The notes: a model not told the origin generated them from the letters alone. A stretch of 64,000 nt of DNA from an uncultured Bacteroidota bacterium (GCA_963700635.1 CAVOYH010000003.1:416001-480000); one strand, 5' to 3'; shown: positions 50,430 through 59,735, counted from the first letter of the stretch. Made by a program: numbers and translations.

Positions 50430-50700
50430 TGAACTACGTGCCGCAAAGCGCGCTGCCAACTGAGACGCAGAATGCATGGATGGGACCTTCTCGCTGCGCC
50501 ATCCGTGGGATAAGATCCGGTGTCACTTTCCCCTCGTGGCTTGGAACAACGGTCACGTCGGCTCCGAATGCCCGCATAGTATCCAGCTTCTCTTTCTTGG
50601 TTCGTGTTTATCCGGTGAAATATGATCCATGTGCTCCGCCGGACATGACCCACAACGTATCGCCGCTCCACGCAGCCCCCACCACACCAACACTCTACCA
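50430..50700 (-). pseudogene. PLP-dependent cysteine synthase-family fragment
   Basis: KEKLDTMRAFGADVTVVPSHEGKVTPDLIPRM in a minus frame with no intact start; boundaries approximate. Confidence 0.55.
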
Positions 50701-50821
50701 ATTGAGCGGCGCGCTTGAGCGTATTCACTGCATTATGCCGACATTGGTCTCATCTTTGCCTTTGCAGATGAGTGCGCGACGTGGTGCGTCGTATTGTGCG
50801 AAGACGTTACGGTGCGCATCG

Positions 50822-51799
50822 TCAGTGCGGACGCCACACTGGGGTTTCATTTCGTTTTGGTTCACTTGTCAGACGAATCTTCTTTCGTGTTTCCACATGT
50901 ATTATCCACACATCATATTGGGCAGAGGTGCCGCTGGAGTAGGCAATCCATTTCCCGTCAGGTGACCACGAAGGTGAGTAGTCTTCTAAGATGTCTTGCG
51001 TCACATTGATCATGCCGCTGCCATCACTGTTCATAATAAAAATCTCGAAGTTCTTATCTTCAGCAGGTCCGTAGAATGCTATCCTTTTTCCATCAGGGGA
51101 ACATTTTGCCCCGGAGTCAAATCCCTTTTTTACTGTCAAACGCTTTTCGTTTTTCCCGTCTGCATCCATCATAAATATCTCACCATTTGCAGCATGAGAT
51201 GTATCGTCCGGTTCCTTTATCTGTCTTGTAAAGAGAATTGTATTTCCATCTGCTGACCACGTTGGTACTTCTTCAAATGCTTCATTTGATGTGAGCCGTG
51301 CAATATTGGAACCGTCGGCGTTCATTGTATATATCTCTCTGCTTTTGTGGTCTCTGTCTGATGTGAAAACAATGTGTTTCCCGTCGGGAGACCAGGTGGG
51401 CAGATAGTCGTTAGAAGGATGATTCGAAAGATTCCGCTGATTGTTTCCATCGGCGTCCATAACATAGATCTCGTTATTGCCATCACGATTCGAGTAAAAC
51501 AGTATATGGTTACCGTCTGGTGACCACGATGACCAGAAGTCCAGAGCCTTGTTGTTAGTCAAATTCTTTTCGTTCTGACCGGTTGCGTCCATTGAGTAGA
51601 CTTCAAAATTGCCGTCCCTCGTGGTCAGGAACGACAACACGCCATGAGGCACTTCCGTTGCCTTATCGTTGCCCTGACTGGTAGAGAGCGTCTTACACCC
51701 CGACCCACAGACTAAGAGTATCCCGAAGAATGATAAAATGAAGGGAGCCCTGTTATTCACCTGTCTGTTTGAGCTGTAAGGGACATCGAGAGTTTCCAC
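50822..51799 (-). CDS. TolB-like PD40-repeat beta-propeller lipoprotein
   Basis: Lipobox GSGC; repeated WSPDG..I.F.S.RDGN.EIY.M units; visibly AT-richer than its flanks. Confidence 0.9.
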   Translation of the reverse strand: METLDVPYSSNRQVNNRAPFILSFFGILLVCGSGCKTLSTSQGNDKATEVPHGVLSFLTTRDGNFEVYSMDATGQNEKNLTNNKALDFWSSWSPDGNHILFYSNRDGNNEIYVMDADGNNQRNLSNHPSNDYLPTWSPDGKHIVFTSDRDHKSREIYTMNADGSNIARLTSNEAFEEVPTWSADGNTILFTRQIKEPDDTSHAANGEIFMMDADGKNEKRLTVKKGFDSGAKCSPDGKRIAFYGPAEDKNFEIFIMNSDGSGMINVTQDILEDYSPSWSPDGKWIAYSSGTSAQYDVWIIHVETRKKIRLTSEPKRNETPVWRPH

Positions 51800-51954
51800 T
51801 GAGTAGTCCTTCTATCGTTAGGTCGGTTCGATTGATTGTCGCGCGCAGAGTTCCGCATGACGGCTGGCCGCACCACGCAGCAGTTCCTGGTGATCCAAGA
51901 TTCGACCTCGCCTAGCCTGCAACTCGCCGCGGGGTTTCCTTCTGTTTGGCGACT

Positions 51955-52156
51955 GGAATATATCCCATTGGGGACAATAGAACAACCAGCACCCCGTGGA
52001 TCCCGTGTGCCCGAGAATCGCGGGCATAGGAGCGGCCAGTGATAAGACCCGGGGTAGACGGAAACGCATGATCCCGATTCCATATTCGACCGGCCAACCC
52101 GGCGAGCGCAATGCTGCGCGGTCCAGCGGGAATCCGAAACGATGCCAGTTGTCTTG
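51955..52156 (-). pseudogene. Serine hydrolase C-terminal fragment
   Basis: WHRFGFPLDRAALRSPGWPVEYGIGIMRF...GHTGSTGCWLFYCP. Confidence 0.65.
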
Positions 52157-52199
52157 TAAAGTGCCGCAAAACGACTTATGAAAATGTATCTTTGCTTAC

Positions 52200-52327
52200 G
52201 CATAACGTTCAGGCGCGCGCAACGGGGTAAGTGAGCTCAACTTTCCCTGGTCGCACCAGACCTTGAAGACCTCCCCAATTCAAGACCTCCATAAAGCGAG
52301 AGTGTCGTGGTGCAGGTTGTCAGGCGC
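52200..52327 (-). repeat. attC-like site of the first cassette
   Basis: Minus strand GCGCCTGAC ... GTTATGC; GCGCCTGAC is complementary (8/9) to GTTAGGCGC at 52809. Confidence 0.65.
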
Positions 52328-52336
52328 AGGCACCTC

Positions 52337-52756
52337 TCAAGTTCTCAGAGACTTCAATGTATCGACGACTATGCTGACGGCCTTCATGTCGCTTGCCTTC
52401 TTGACATCTAAGTGCAGAGGCCAGCCTTCGGGGTACCTTTTGGCTACCGCCAATTCCCCCTTTAGCTTTGCCGGCAGTTTCGAATTCAGCAAGGCTTCCT
52501 TCTCGATGTCTCGCACCGCAAACCCCAGCCTGAATGCTCCTTCCTGCGGAATGAGATAGAGCAGCGCCTTCCCCTTGTGTGTAGCTTTGAGTTGCCAACC
52601 GTACTTGGCCCCATAGAACTTCCACTCGCGGGGATAGGCTTCTATAGACGCGAGAATGTCCTTATATACAGGGTAGACTGCTCGGAGGGCCTTCTTCAGT
52701 TTCGGGTCATCAGGAACGAGCTCCTTGCTGCTAAAGTAGATTTGAATGGCTGTCAT
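52337..52756 (-). CDS. DUF3788-like protein (first cassette)
   Basis: EWKFYGAKYGW, K.K.L.YLIP and YPEG motifs; GGAGG upstream. Confidence 0.7.
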   Translation of the reverse strand: MTAIQIYFSSKELVPDDPKLKKALRAVYPVYKDILASIEAYPREWKFYGAKYGWQLKATHKGKALLYLIPQEGAFRLGFAVRDIEKEALLNSKLPAKLKGELAVAKRYPEGWPLHLDVKKASDMKAVSIVVDTLKSLRT

Positions 52757-52800
52757 GTCCGTCGAAACCTCCGGTTGTGGGACCTCTGGTGAGATAGCTT

Positions 52801-52836
52801 GCGCCTAACTACTGCCTCTACGAATTTCGTTTAGGT
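52801..52836 (-). other. attI-like recombination site
   Basis: Perfect GTTRRRY core (GTTAGGC, 52809-52803) preceded by the imperfect inverted repeat CCT..ACGAA/TTCGT..AGG, directly downstream of the recombinase remnant. Confidence 0.55.
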
Positions 52837-52899
52837 GAGCCCGGGGGTGCGGTTGGCGAAGTATTGCGTGTGGGCCGCTCATGGCTTTGTACCACCCGG

Positions 52900-53162
52900 T
52901 CCAACGGACTCCTTATCCGCCCCCGCCTCAAGCAAATGCGTCGCAAAGAAATGCCGCAGCGTGTGCACCGTCTCCGGCTTCCGAATCCCACCCCGCCCCA
53001 ATGCCCGCAATATCTTGCCGAATAGCGAGAAAGTCAATGACCGGTCGCTCCCAGAGAATACCATGGAAAACTCCATCGACATAATACCGCAGAAGATCAC
53101 AAACAGTATCCCGACCCCGATAGACCCCGCCACATTACATTTCCGATGACCCTGACTTTCCG
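52900..53162 (-). pseudogene. Tyrosine recombinase/integrase remnant
   Basis: [25 protein letters not shown] (box II); RKVRVIGN in another frame; LGH and catalytic Tyr region missing. Confidence 0.8.
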
Positions 53163-53188
53163 TTGATCATGGCCGCTTCCCGATTGAC

Positions 53189-54853
53189 TTACAAGCGTAA
53201 TCTCACCCAATGTCCTGCCACCGCCGACATAAACAACAATCCGCCTGCACAACCAACAACGAGCGGCACGCCGGCAGCGATCGAGACGTCCGCCGCACCC
53301 ATAAAATCCAAGAGAGGCATGTCAAGCGGATGCCCCGGACCAAGATACCAGATCAGCACATAGACGATCTCGAACAACCGATTAGTCTGACTCCAGGTGC
53401 CCAGTGCCAACGCCAGCGCCGGAACAAACGCCGCCCCGGCACACCACGCCCCCAGAGCAGACCACTTTGCAGAGAACAAGAGATTCAAACCAACGCCACT
53501 TCCGCATAACATCGTCACAAACAATCCCCCCAACCACGCTGCCGGCAATTGCCGAACGAACATACGCGGCGAGGAATATACCAGCTGGTACATCCCGAAC
53601 CGTTCTGCACGCGTGCCAAGCACAGACCAGAGCAGAATAGGCCACAACCAGGCGGCAGGCAGCCAGAACTGCCTTGCTTCCTCTGTCGGACTTACGAGAC
53701 CTCCAATGATCATTACCGCGGCACCGGCATACCACCACCACCGCTGCCCCTTGATCATCAATCGCACTTCCGCCCGCACGACACGGAAAAACGCGGAGTG
53801 CCCGAAACCTGGAAGGGCAATCCGACCGAACAGCCCTTTGCCGCGCTGATTCTGTGTATCAAGAGACGCCTCCCTTACGATTCTACCACCGGGAACCACT
53901 CTCTGTAATCGCAACAGCAGATGATTCCAAAAACTCTGATGGTCGGACGCCTGTTCGAGGTTTCGTCCCTTTTGTTTCCTCCCTTTCGTCGCCTTCCTCT
54001 CTAACGACGGATCAAATCGGTGAAAGAAGATACTGCCCAGAGACACCAGGCCTGCCGACCACCCCAACCAGAGCAACCGGCTTAGCACAACGTCCGCTGT
54101 CCAGTCTATTCCGGTCCAGAGAAACGTACGCAAGCCTCCAGGTGGTATCTCTTTCCACGTAAGGACAAAACCTCCCGTATACCCCGGATCAACACCCTGC
54201 AAGGCCCCTCCCATACTCTGATGCACAATCACAATCCCTGACCAATCCATCCATGTACTCATCGTTATGAACGGCCCGGCAAGTGCAAATGTCCAGAAGA
54301 AAAAATAGAGCACGTTGCCGAACCCGCCCCGCAACCAGCACACCGTCTCGAAGAACAATGCTACTGCCGCTATGAACGCCATGGCCGGTATCGCAAGCAA
54401 AACAAAAGGCAACAGAAGCGCTATAAAATCGACAGGAGAGGTGTCGTCCCCGATTGCCTGCATGACAACCGCAGCCCCGGCAAGTATTCCGACGAACGCC
54501 GAGAGCACTGCCCAGTTGCTCAGCCATTTTCCCAGACAATAGACTATTCGCGAAATTGGTAATGTGGCAATAATCTGTCCGACTCCAGTTTGATTGTCTC
54601 GCTCGATCACATTCTTGACAAAATAGAAACCGAACAGCGATATCAGAAGCACGGCAGAGGCCGTTACCATACCGCCCACCCACGCTGAATTGAGCACGCC
54701 GCTATACCCACCGAGCGCAACATAGAGATCACCTCGGTTGATGGCGTATCCGATGTAGAGTGTGCCGGCGAGAACAAGCAGAAAACCATATTGTCTTACA
54801 CGTTCAAGAAAGTCGGCACGGGCCAGGTGATAGACGACACGGACGGAGCTCAC
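53189..54853 (-). CDS. ABC-2 type exporter permease (two membrane halves)
   Basis: About 12 transmembrane helices; P.SR..Y.LGK motif; overlaps the ATPase stop. Confidence 0.75.
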   Translation of the reverse strand: MSSVRVVYHLARADFLERVRQYGFLLVLAGTLYIGYAINRGDLYVALGGYSGVLNSAWVGGMVTASAVLLISLFGFYFVKNVIERDNQTGVGQIIATLPISRIVYCLGKWLSNWAVLSAFVGILAGAAVVMQAIGDDTSPVDFIALLLPFVLLAIPAMAFIAAVALFFETVCWLRGGFGNVLYFFFWTFALAGPFITMSTWMDWSGIVIVHQSMGGALQGVDPGYTGGFVLTWKEIPPGGLRTFLWTGIDWTADVVLSRLLWLGWSAGLVSLGSIFFHRFDPSLERKATKGRKQKGRNLEQASDHQSFWNHLLLRLQRVVPGGRIVREASLDTQNQRGKGLFGRIALPGFGHSAFFRVVRAEVRLMIKGQRWWWYAGAAVMIIGGLVSPTEEARQFWLPAAWLWPILLWSVLGTRAERFGMYQLVYSSPRMFVRQLPAAWLGGLFVTMLCGSGVGLNLLFSAKWSALGAWCAGAAFVPALALALGTWSQTNRLFEIVYVLIWYLGPGHPLDMPLLDFMGAADVSIAAGVPLVVGCAGGLLFMSAVAGHWVRLRL

Positions 54854-55734
54854 GGAGCACCTCCCTTACCATTCTGCTCGATACAATAGAGATACGCATC
54901 CTCCAGTGTGGGCGGAACCCTTTGCGCTGAAGGAACCGGAGAGTCTTCTGATACAAACCGAACCTGAACGCCCCCATTTCGCCGGATCGTTCCACTGATG
55001 AGATGTCTGGATTTTATGCCCGGCAACTCCCCGCCGGACACCACGCCCTCCCAGACCTTCCCTTCGACCGTCGCCAGAAGTGATTCGGGCGAGGTATGTT
55101 TGATCAAACGCCCATGTGTCACAATCGCGAGATCAGTCGCGGTGGCTTCGACATCCGAGACAATATGGGTGGAGAGGATAATAATCCGTTCACCGGACAA
55201 TTCGGAAAGAAGCGTGCGGAAGCGTACCCGCTCTTCAGGATCAAGACCGACTGTCGGTTCGTCAACGATGAGCAGCTGCGGGTCATTGAGCAATGCCTGG
55301 GCTATCCCGATTCGTTGTTTCATGCCTCCCGAGTACCCACCGAGTGGTCTCTTGCGGGCATCCTGGAGGTTGCACACCTTCAGCAGCTCGTCCTTCCGGC
55401 GACGAGCGGTGGCCGGGTCGACGCCCCGTAATGCCGCCAGATAGTCCAGAAATTCGTCTGCGTTCAGATGAGGATACACTCCGAAATCCTGAGGAAGGTA
55501 CCCAAGCACGGCCCGTAATACATCCGGCTTCTGTACGATATCAGTTCCGTCCCACAGTACGCTTCCCGTGGTCGGTCTCGTCACGGTTGCCAGGATCCTC
55601 ATCAACGTTGACTTTCCCGCGCCATTAGGGCCAAGTAAACCGAGGATTCCAGGCCTGAACGTAAGACTGAAGTCTCTCAGCCCCCATACGTTGCCGCGGT
55701 ATCGTTTGCCGACATCTGTAACGGCAAGATTCAT
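54850..55734 (-). CDS. ABC transporter ATP-binding protein
   Basis: GPNGAGKST, YSGGMKQR, VDEPT and STH motifs. Confidence 0.95.
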   Translation of the reverse strand: MNLAVTDVGKRYRGNVWGLRDFSLTFRPGILGLLGPNGAGKSTLMRILATVTRPTTGSVLWDGTDIVQKPDVLRAVLGYLPQDFGVYPHLNADEFLDYLAALRGVDPATARRRKDELLKVCNLQDARKRPLGGYSGGMKQRIGIAQALLNDPQLLIVDEPTVGLDPEERVRFRTLLSELSGERIIILSTHIVSDVEATATDLAIVTHGRLIKHTSPESLLATVEGKVWEGVVSGGELPGIKSRHLISGTIRRNGGVQVRFVSEDSPVPSAQRVPPTLEDAYLYCIEQNGKGGAP

Positions 55735-55848
55735 TGATTTCTCGTAGAAGTGATTTGCCTGATAATCTACAACCCTCCATTCCCGTAATCAATCAGCCGA
55801 ACTCCCCATAGGCTTTGCGTTCTTCTCCCTTTCTTCGTATTTTTCAGT

Positions 55849-56298
55849 ATGGATAAGACCCCCGCCCGGATACTGACAATTCTCCTCTGCCTCCGCGCCC
55901 TGCCCGGTGTCGGGTTCGGACAAACACGCGACGGCCTGATGGGCCACCAGTGGGGCACTCCCGTCGCCATGCTGGCAAACAAAGTTGAACTCCGGTCCCC
56001 ACGCGCTGACGGCGAAATGCTTCTCTACTCGACCGGCCTCCGATCGCTCGGCGATGCCGCCATCGAACAATGTGATCTGGAATTCGTGCACGGCCGGCTT
56101 GCCGGGGTCATCGTCACGACGCGGAGTGAGAAAAACTCCCGCCACATCCTCTCACTCCTCCAGAAAGAATACGGGGAAGGTCAGAGTAATCACCCCAGAA
56201 CCCGCACGTGGATAACACCCAACACGCGTGTATGCTACGACGAGGATAGCCTCGGCGACGCCTATGTGTACTGGTACTCGATGCTCCTCCAGCAATGA
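55849..56298 (+). CDS. Hypothetical exported protein
   Basis: Signal peptide; stop lies 3 bp before hypA. Confidence 0.6.
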   Translation: MDKTPARILTILLCLRALPGVGFGQTRDGLMGHQWGTPVAMLANKVELRSPRADGEMLLYSTGLRSLGDAAIEQCDLEFVHGRLAGVIVTTRSEKNSRHILSLLQKEYGEGQSNHPRTRTWITPNTRVCYDEDSLGDAYVYWYSMLLQQ

Positions 56299-56301
56299 GC
56301 C

Positions 56302-56664
56302 ATGCACGAACTCTCGATCGCACAGAGTATCGTCGATATCATTGACCAGTATGTCCCCCGGGAGCAACGCCATACGATTCGCAGCATCAAACTTCGTGTC
56401 GGCGAGCTGTCCGGTGTTGTCCCGGGTTCGCTCGCCTTTTGTTTCACAGCCGTCACCGCCGGCACCCCGATGGCCCGGGCCGTGCTGGAGATCGAACATG
56501 TTCCCTATGTCCTCCATTGTGCACACTGCGAATCCGACTCTACAACCGAACCCGGCCTCGCCCTCTGCCCTCGCTGTAACTCAAGGCAAACGACTGTCCG
56601 TTCGGGCACCGAGCTGCAGGTCGTTACCATTGATCTTGACGATGATCCCCCGGAGCGTGGATGA
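56302..56664 (+). CDS. hypA: Hydrogenase nickel metallochaperone HypA
   Basis: MHELSIA, GELSGV, two CxxC motifs, G.EL. Confidence 0.96.
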   Translation: MHELSIAQSIVDIIDQYVPREQRHTIRSIKLRVGELSGVVPGSLAFCFTAVTAGTPMARAVLEIEHVPYVLHCAHCESDSTTEPGLALCPRCNSRQTTVRSGTELQVVTIDLDDDPPERG

Positions 56665-57323
56665 GTGTCATTACGATTGAACGGAAAGTTCTTGAAAAGA
56701 ACGATGAAGTCGCAAGGCAGAATCGTGCACTCTTCGCCGATCACGGTGTCTTCGCACTGAACATGGTCAGCTCCCCGGGCGCCGGAAAGACCAGCATTCT
56801 CGAACGCACGCTTGAACACCTTCAGGGTTCGCTCAAGATCGCGGTAATTGAAGGTGATGTGCAAACAGACCTGGATGCACGCCGTGTGGCAAAGTATAAT
56901 GTCCCCGCAGTCCAGATCGTGACCAGAGGAGGATGCCACCTCGAAGCGAACCTCGTGCGCGATGCGCTCGGAAACCTCGACTTGAAAACCATTGACCTGC
57001 TCATCATCGAAAACGTCGGTAATCTTGTCTGTCCGTCGAATTACGACCTGGGCGAGGCCATGAAGGTTGTTGTTGCCTCCACCACGGAGGGCGATGACAA
57101 ACCCCTGAAGTACCCCGCCATGTTCCGCAATGCATCCGTGCTGATTTTGAACAAGATTGATCTCCTCCCGTACATCCCGTGTGACCTTTCGGCGCTGAAA
57201 GAAAACGCTTTAAAGATCAACCCCTCTCTCACAGTGTTCGAAACATCCTGTACAACAGGCCAGGGAATTACCTCCTGGTGCGAGTGGCTCACCGAGAACT
57301 CGCGCAGAAAACCTGCTTCCTGA
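56661..57323 (+). CDS. hypB: Hydrogenase nickel-incorporation GTPase HypB
   Basis: SSPGAGKT, GCHL, ENVGNLVCP and EGDDKPLKYP motifs. Confidence 0.97.
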   Translation: MSVITIERKVLEKNDEVARQNRALFADHGVFALNMVSSPGAGKTSILERTLEHLQGSLKIAVIEGDVQTDLDARRVAKYNVPAVQIVTRGGCHLEANLVRDALGNLDLKTIDLLIIENVGNLVCPSNYDLGEAMKVVVASTTEGDDKPLKYPAMFRNASVLILNKIDLLPYIPCDLSALKENALKINPSLTVFETSCTTGQGITSWCEWLTENSRRKPAS

Positions 57324-57419
57324 GCCTCTTTTACGCGCCATTCTGTTCCTATTTTTGGGAATTGACGCAGCTCCAGCCAGAGTATGTGCCCATTCCTGTT
57401 TGTTTGTAAGGGTTTCACG

Positions 57420-57435
57420 TGGCATGCGAGTTGCA
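57420..57435 (+). promoter_or_regulatory. Sigma-54 (-24/-12) promoter of the hox operon
   Basis: TGGCATG-CGAG-TTGCA matches TGGCACG-N4-TTGCW with one mismatch, about 120 bp before hoxE. Confidence 0.75.
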
Positions 57436-57557
57436 TTAACTTACTCATACGAGGTACGCCATGGACCGGCATCTTAACTGTTTAGGTTTGCTACACTTGC
57501 GATCCCTGCTTTCCCTGGCCCCTCCCATTGACCACTACTCACGTATGCATACAACAG

Positions 57558-58076
57558 ATGCCAACGACTCAAAAACCCAAACCACATCCGAGCGGCGACA
57601 GCCGGTTTAAGCTCCTCGACCGCGCTATCACCAAGCACCAGTCGCGCGGTGACGCACTGATTGAAGTGCTCCATGCCGCCCAGGGAATCTTCGGGTTCCT
57701 TGAAAACGACCTGCTCATCTATATCGCCCGTGCACTCAAGCTGCCTCTGAGCCGCGTGTACGGCGTGGCCACATTCTATCATTTCTTCACCCTCAAGCCA
57801 AAAGGGAAACACACGTTCGTCCTCTGCACCGGTACAGCGTGCTACGTGAAAGGTGCGAATAAGATTCAACATGCCGTCGAGGAATGCTGCGCGGTGCAGT
57901 TTGGCGAAACCACACCCGACAACAAGGTCTCCCTGATCTCCGCCCGCTGCGTCGGGTCCTGCGGTATCGCTCCGGTGGCAGTATTGGACGATCAGGTCGC
58001 CGGCAAGCTCACCCCCGAAGGTGCCGTGGAACGTGTGAGAGTCTGGCAACAACAACCCGATGAGGTACCCGCATGA
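57558..58076 (+). CDS. hoxE: Bidirectional hydrogenase subunit HoxE
   Basis: [23 protein letters not shown] and CVGSC [2Fe-2S] motifs. Confidence 0.93.
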   Translation: MPTTQKPKPHPSGDSRFKLLDRAITKHQSRGDALIEVLHAAQGIFGFLENDLLIYIARALKLPLSRVYGVATFYHFFTLKPKGKHTFVLCTGTACYVKGANKIQHAVEECCAVQFGETTPDNKVSLISARCVGSCGIAPVAVLDDQVAGKLTPEGAVERVRVWQQQPDEVPA

Positions 58077-59719
58077 CCGTCGAAGATCTTCAGGAACTCG
58101 CCGAACAGGAGCAGGAACGACAGGCCGGGTTTTCCCATCGTATCATGTACTGCGCCGCGGCCGGATGTGTTTCGTGCGGCAGTCTAAACATCCGAGACAT
58201 GCTGAAAAAGGCGCTCCAGGAAAAGAACCTCACTGCTCAGGTGCAGGTGATCGGAACCGGGTGCATGGGGCTCTGCGGTGAAGGACCGCTTGTGAAAGTC
58301 CTGCCCGATGAAACACTCTATCAGCGCGTGGATGAATCCGTCGCCCGGCGGATCGTCGAGGAACACCTGGTGCAGGGTGCCGCGGTGAAGGAACATGTTG
58401 TGGATACCACTCATCCCTTCTTCGCCGCCCAGTTCAAAGTGGTTCTCGAAAATTGTGGCCGCATTGACGCGGAAAAAATCGAAGAATACGTGGCCGTTGA
58501 TGGTTATCAGGCGCTGGCCAAAGTGGTCACAGAATTACAACCAACCGGGGTGATCGAGGAAATTCGCAAGAGTGGTCTCCGGGGCAGGGGCGGCGCCGGG
58601 TATCCCACAGGACTGAAGTGGGGTATCGTCAAAAAAGTGGAGAGTGATACGAAGTACGTGGTGTGTAATGCCGATGAGGGGGACCCAGGCGCATTTATGG
58701 ACCGCAGTGTTCTCGAAGGTGATCCGCACAGGATACTTGAGGGAATGGCCATCGCAGGCTATGCTGTCGGCGCCCAGCAGGGCTACATCTACGTTCGCGC
58801 AGAATATCCGCTGGCGATCGATCGCCTCCGGCTGGCCATCAAACAGGCCGAACGGCTCGGTCTTCTGGGCAACCGGATCTTCGAATCGCAGTTTAACTTC
58901 CGCATCGATCTCCGTATCGGTGCCGGGGCGTTTGTGTGCGGCGAGGAGACTGCCCTCATCCGCTCAATCGAAGGCCGCCGGGGACGCCCCCGGCCACGTC
59001 CCCCCTATCCGTCAGAACGTGGTCTCTGGGGGATGCCGACTTTACTCAATAATGTTGAAACGTTCGCAAATATCGCCCCCATTATCCGCAACGGGAGCAC
59101 ATGGTTTGCCGGCATCGGTACGCCCAAAAGCACCGGCACAAAAGTCTTCGCCCTGGCAGGCAGGATCCAGAATACCGGTCTTATCGAAGTGCCGATGGGG
59201 ATTTCCCTGCGGACGGTGGTATTTGATATCGGCGGCGGAACCCCCGAAGGCACGGAGTTTAAGGCCGCCCAGACCGGCGGCCCATCAGGTGGCTGCATTC
59301 CCAACGAACATCTGGACGTTCCCGTCGATTTTGAATCCCTTAGTGCCGTCGGCTCTATCATGGGCAGCGGCGGTATGATTGTGATGGATTCTACCTCACA
59401 TATGGTGGACGTCGCAAAATACTTCATGGACTTCTGTAAGGATGAATCCTGCGGCAAATGTATTCCCTGCCGGGTCGGTACAGTCCATATCCACGGCCTT
59501 CTCGATAAGATTTCAAAGGGCAAGGCCACGACGGACGATATGACGCGGCTGGAAGAACTTTGCATAATGGTAAAAGAGACCAGCCTCTGCGGTCTCGGCC
59601 AGAGCGCACCCAATCCGGTGCTCTCCACACTCCGGTTCTTCCGGCACGAGTACGAAGAACTCCTGAACCAGCCGGAGACGTTCGTCCATTCGGACACCGG
59701 AAACGATCTGACAACGTAA
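58073..59719 (+). CDS. hoxF: Diaphorase subunit HoxF
   Basis: [22 protein letters not shown] and [10 protein letters not shown] motifs. Confidence 0.93.
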   Translation: MTVEDLQELAEQEQERQAGFSHRIMYCAAAGCVSCGSLNIRDMLKKALQEKNLTAQVQVIGTGCMGLCGEGPLVKVLPDETLYQRVDESVARRIVEEHLVQGAAVKEHVVDTTHPFFAAQFKVVLENCGRIDAEKIEEYVAVDGYQALAKVVTELQPTGVIEEIRKSGLRGRGGAGYPTGLKWGIVKKVESDTKYVVCNADEGDPGAFMDRSVLEGDPHRILEGMAIAGYAVGAQQGYIYVRAEYPLAIDRLRLAIKQAERLGLLGNRIFESQFNFRIDLRIGAGAFVCGEETALIRSIEGRRGRPRPRPPYPSERGLWGMPTLLNNVETFANIAPIIRNGSTWFAGIGTPKSTGTKVFALAGRIQNTGLIEVPMGISLRTVVFDIGGGTPEGTEFKAAQTGGPSGGCIPNEHLDVPVDFESLSAVGSIMGSGGMIVMDSTSHMVDVAKYFMDFCKDESCGKCIPCRVGTVHIHGLLDKISKGKATTDDMTRLEELCIMVKETSLCGLGQSAPNPVLSTLRFFRHEYEELLNQPETFVHSDTGNDLTT

Positions 59720-59735
59720 TCGCAGGACCACGACC

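Noticed and set aside
50822-51799. Periodic DNA similarity suggesting a CRISPR or tandem array
   Set aside because: Explained by PD40 protein repeats; no CRISPR array or cas gene seen in the window
57403-57420. Possible Rex operator before hox
   Set aside because: Only 9 of 14 consensus positions match
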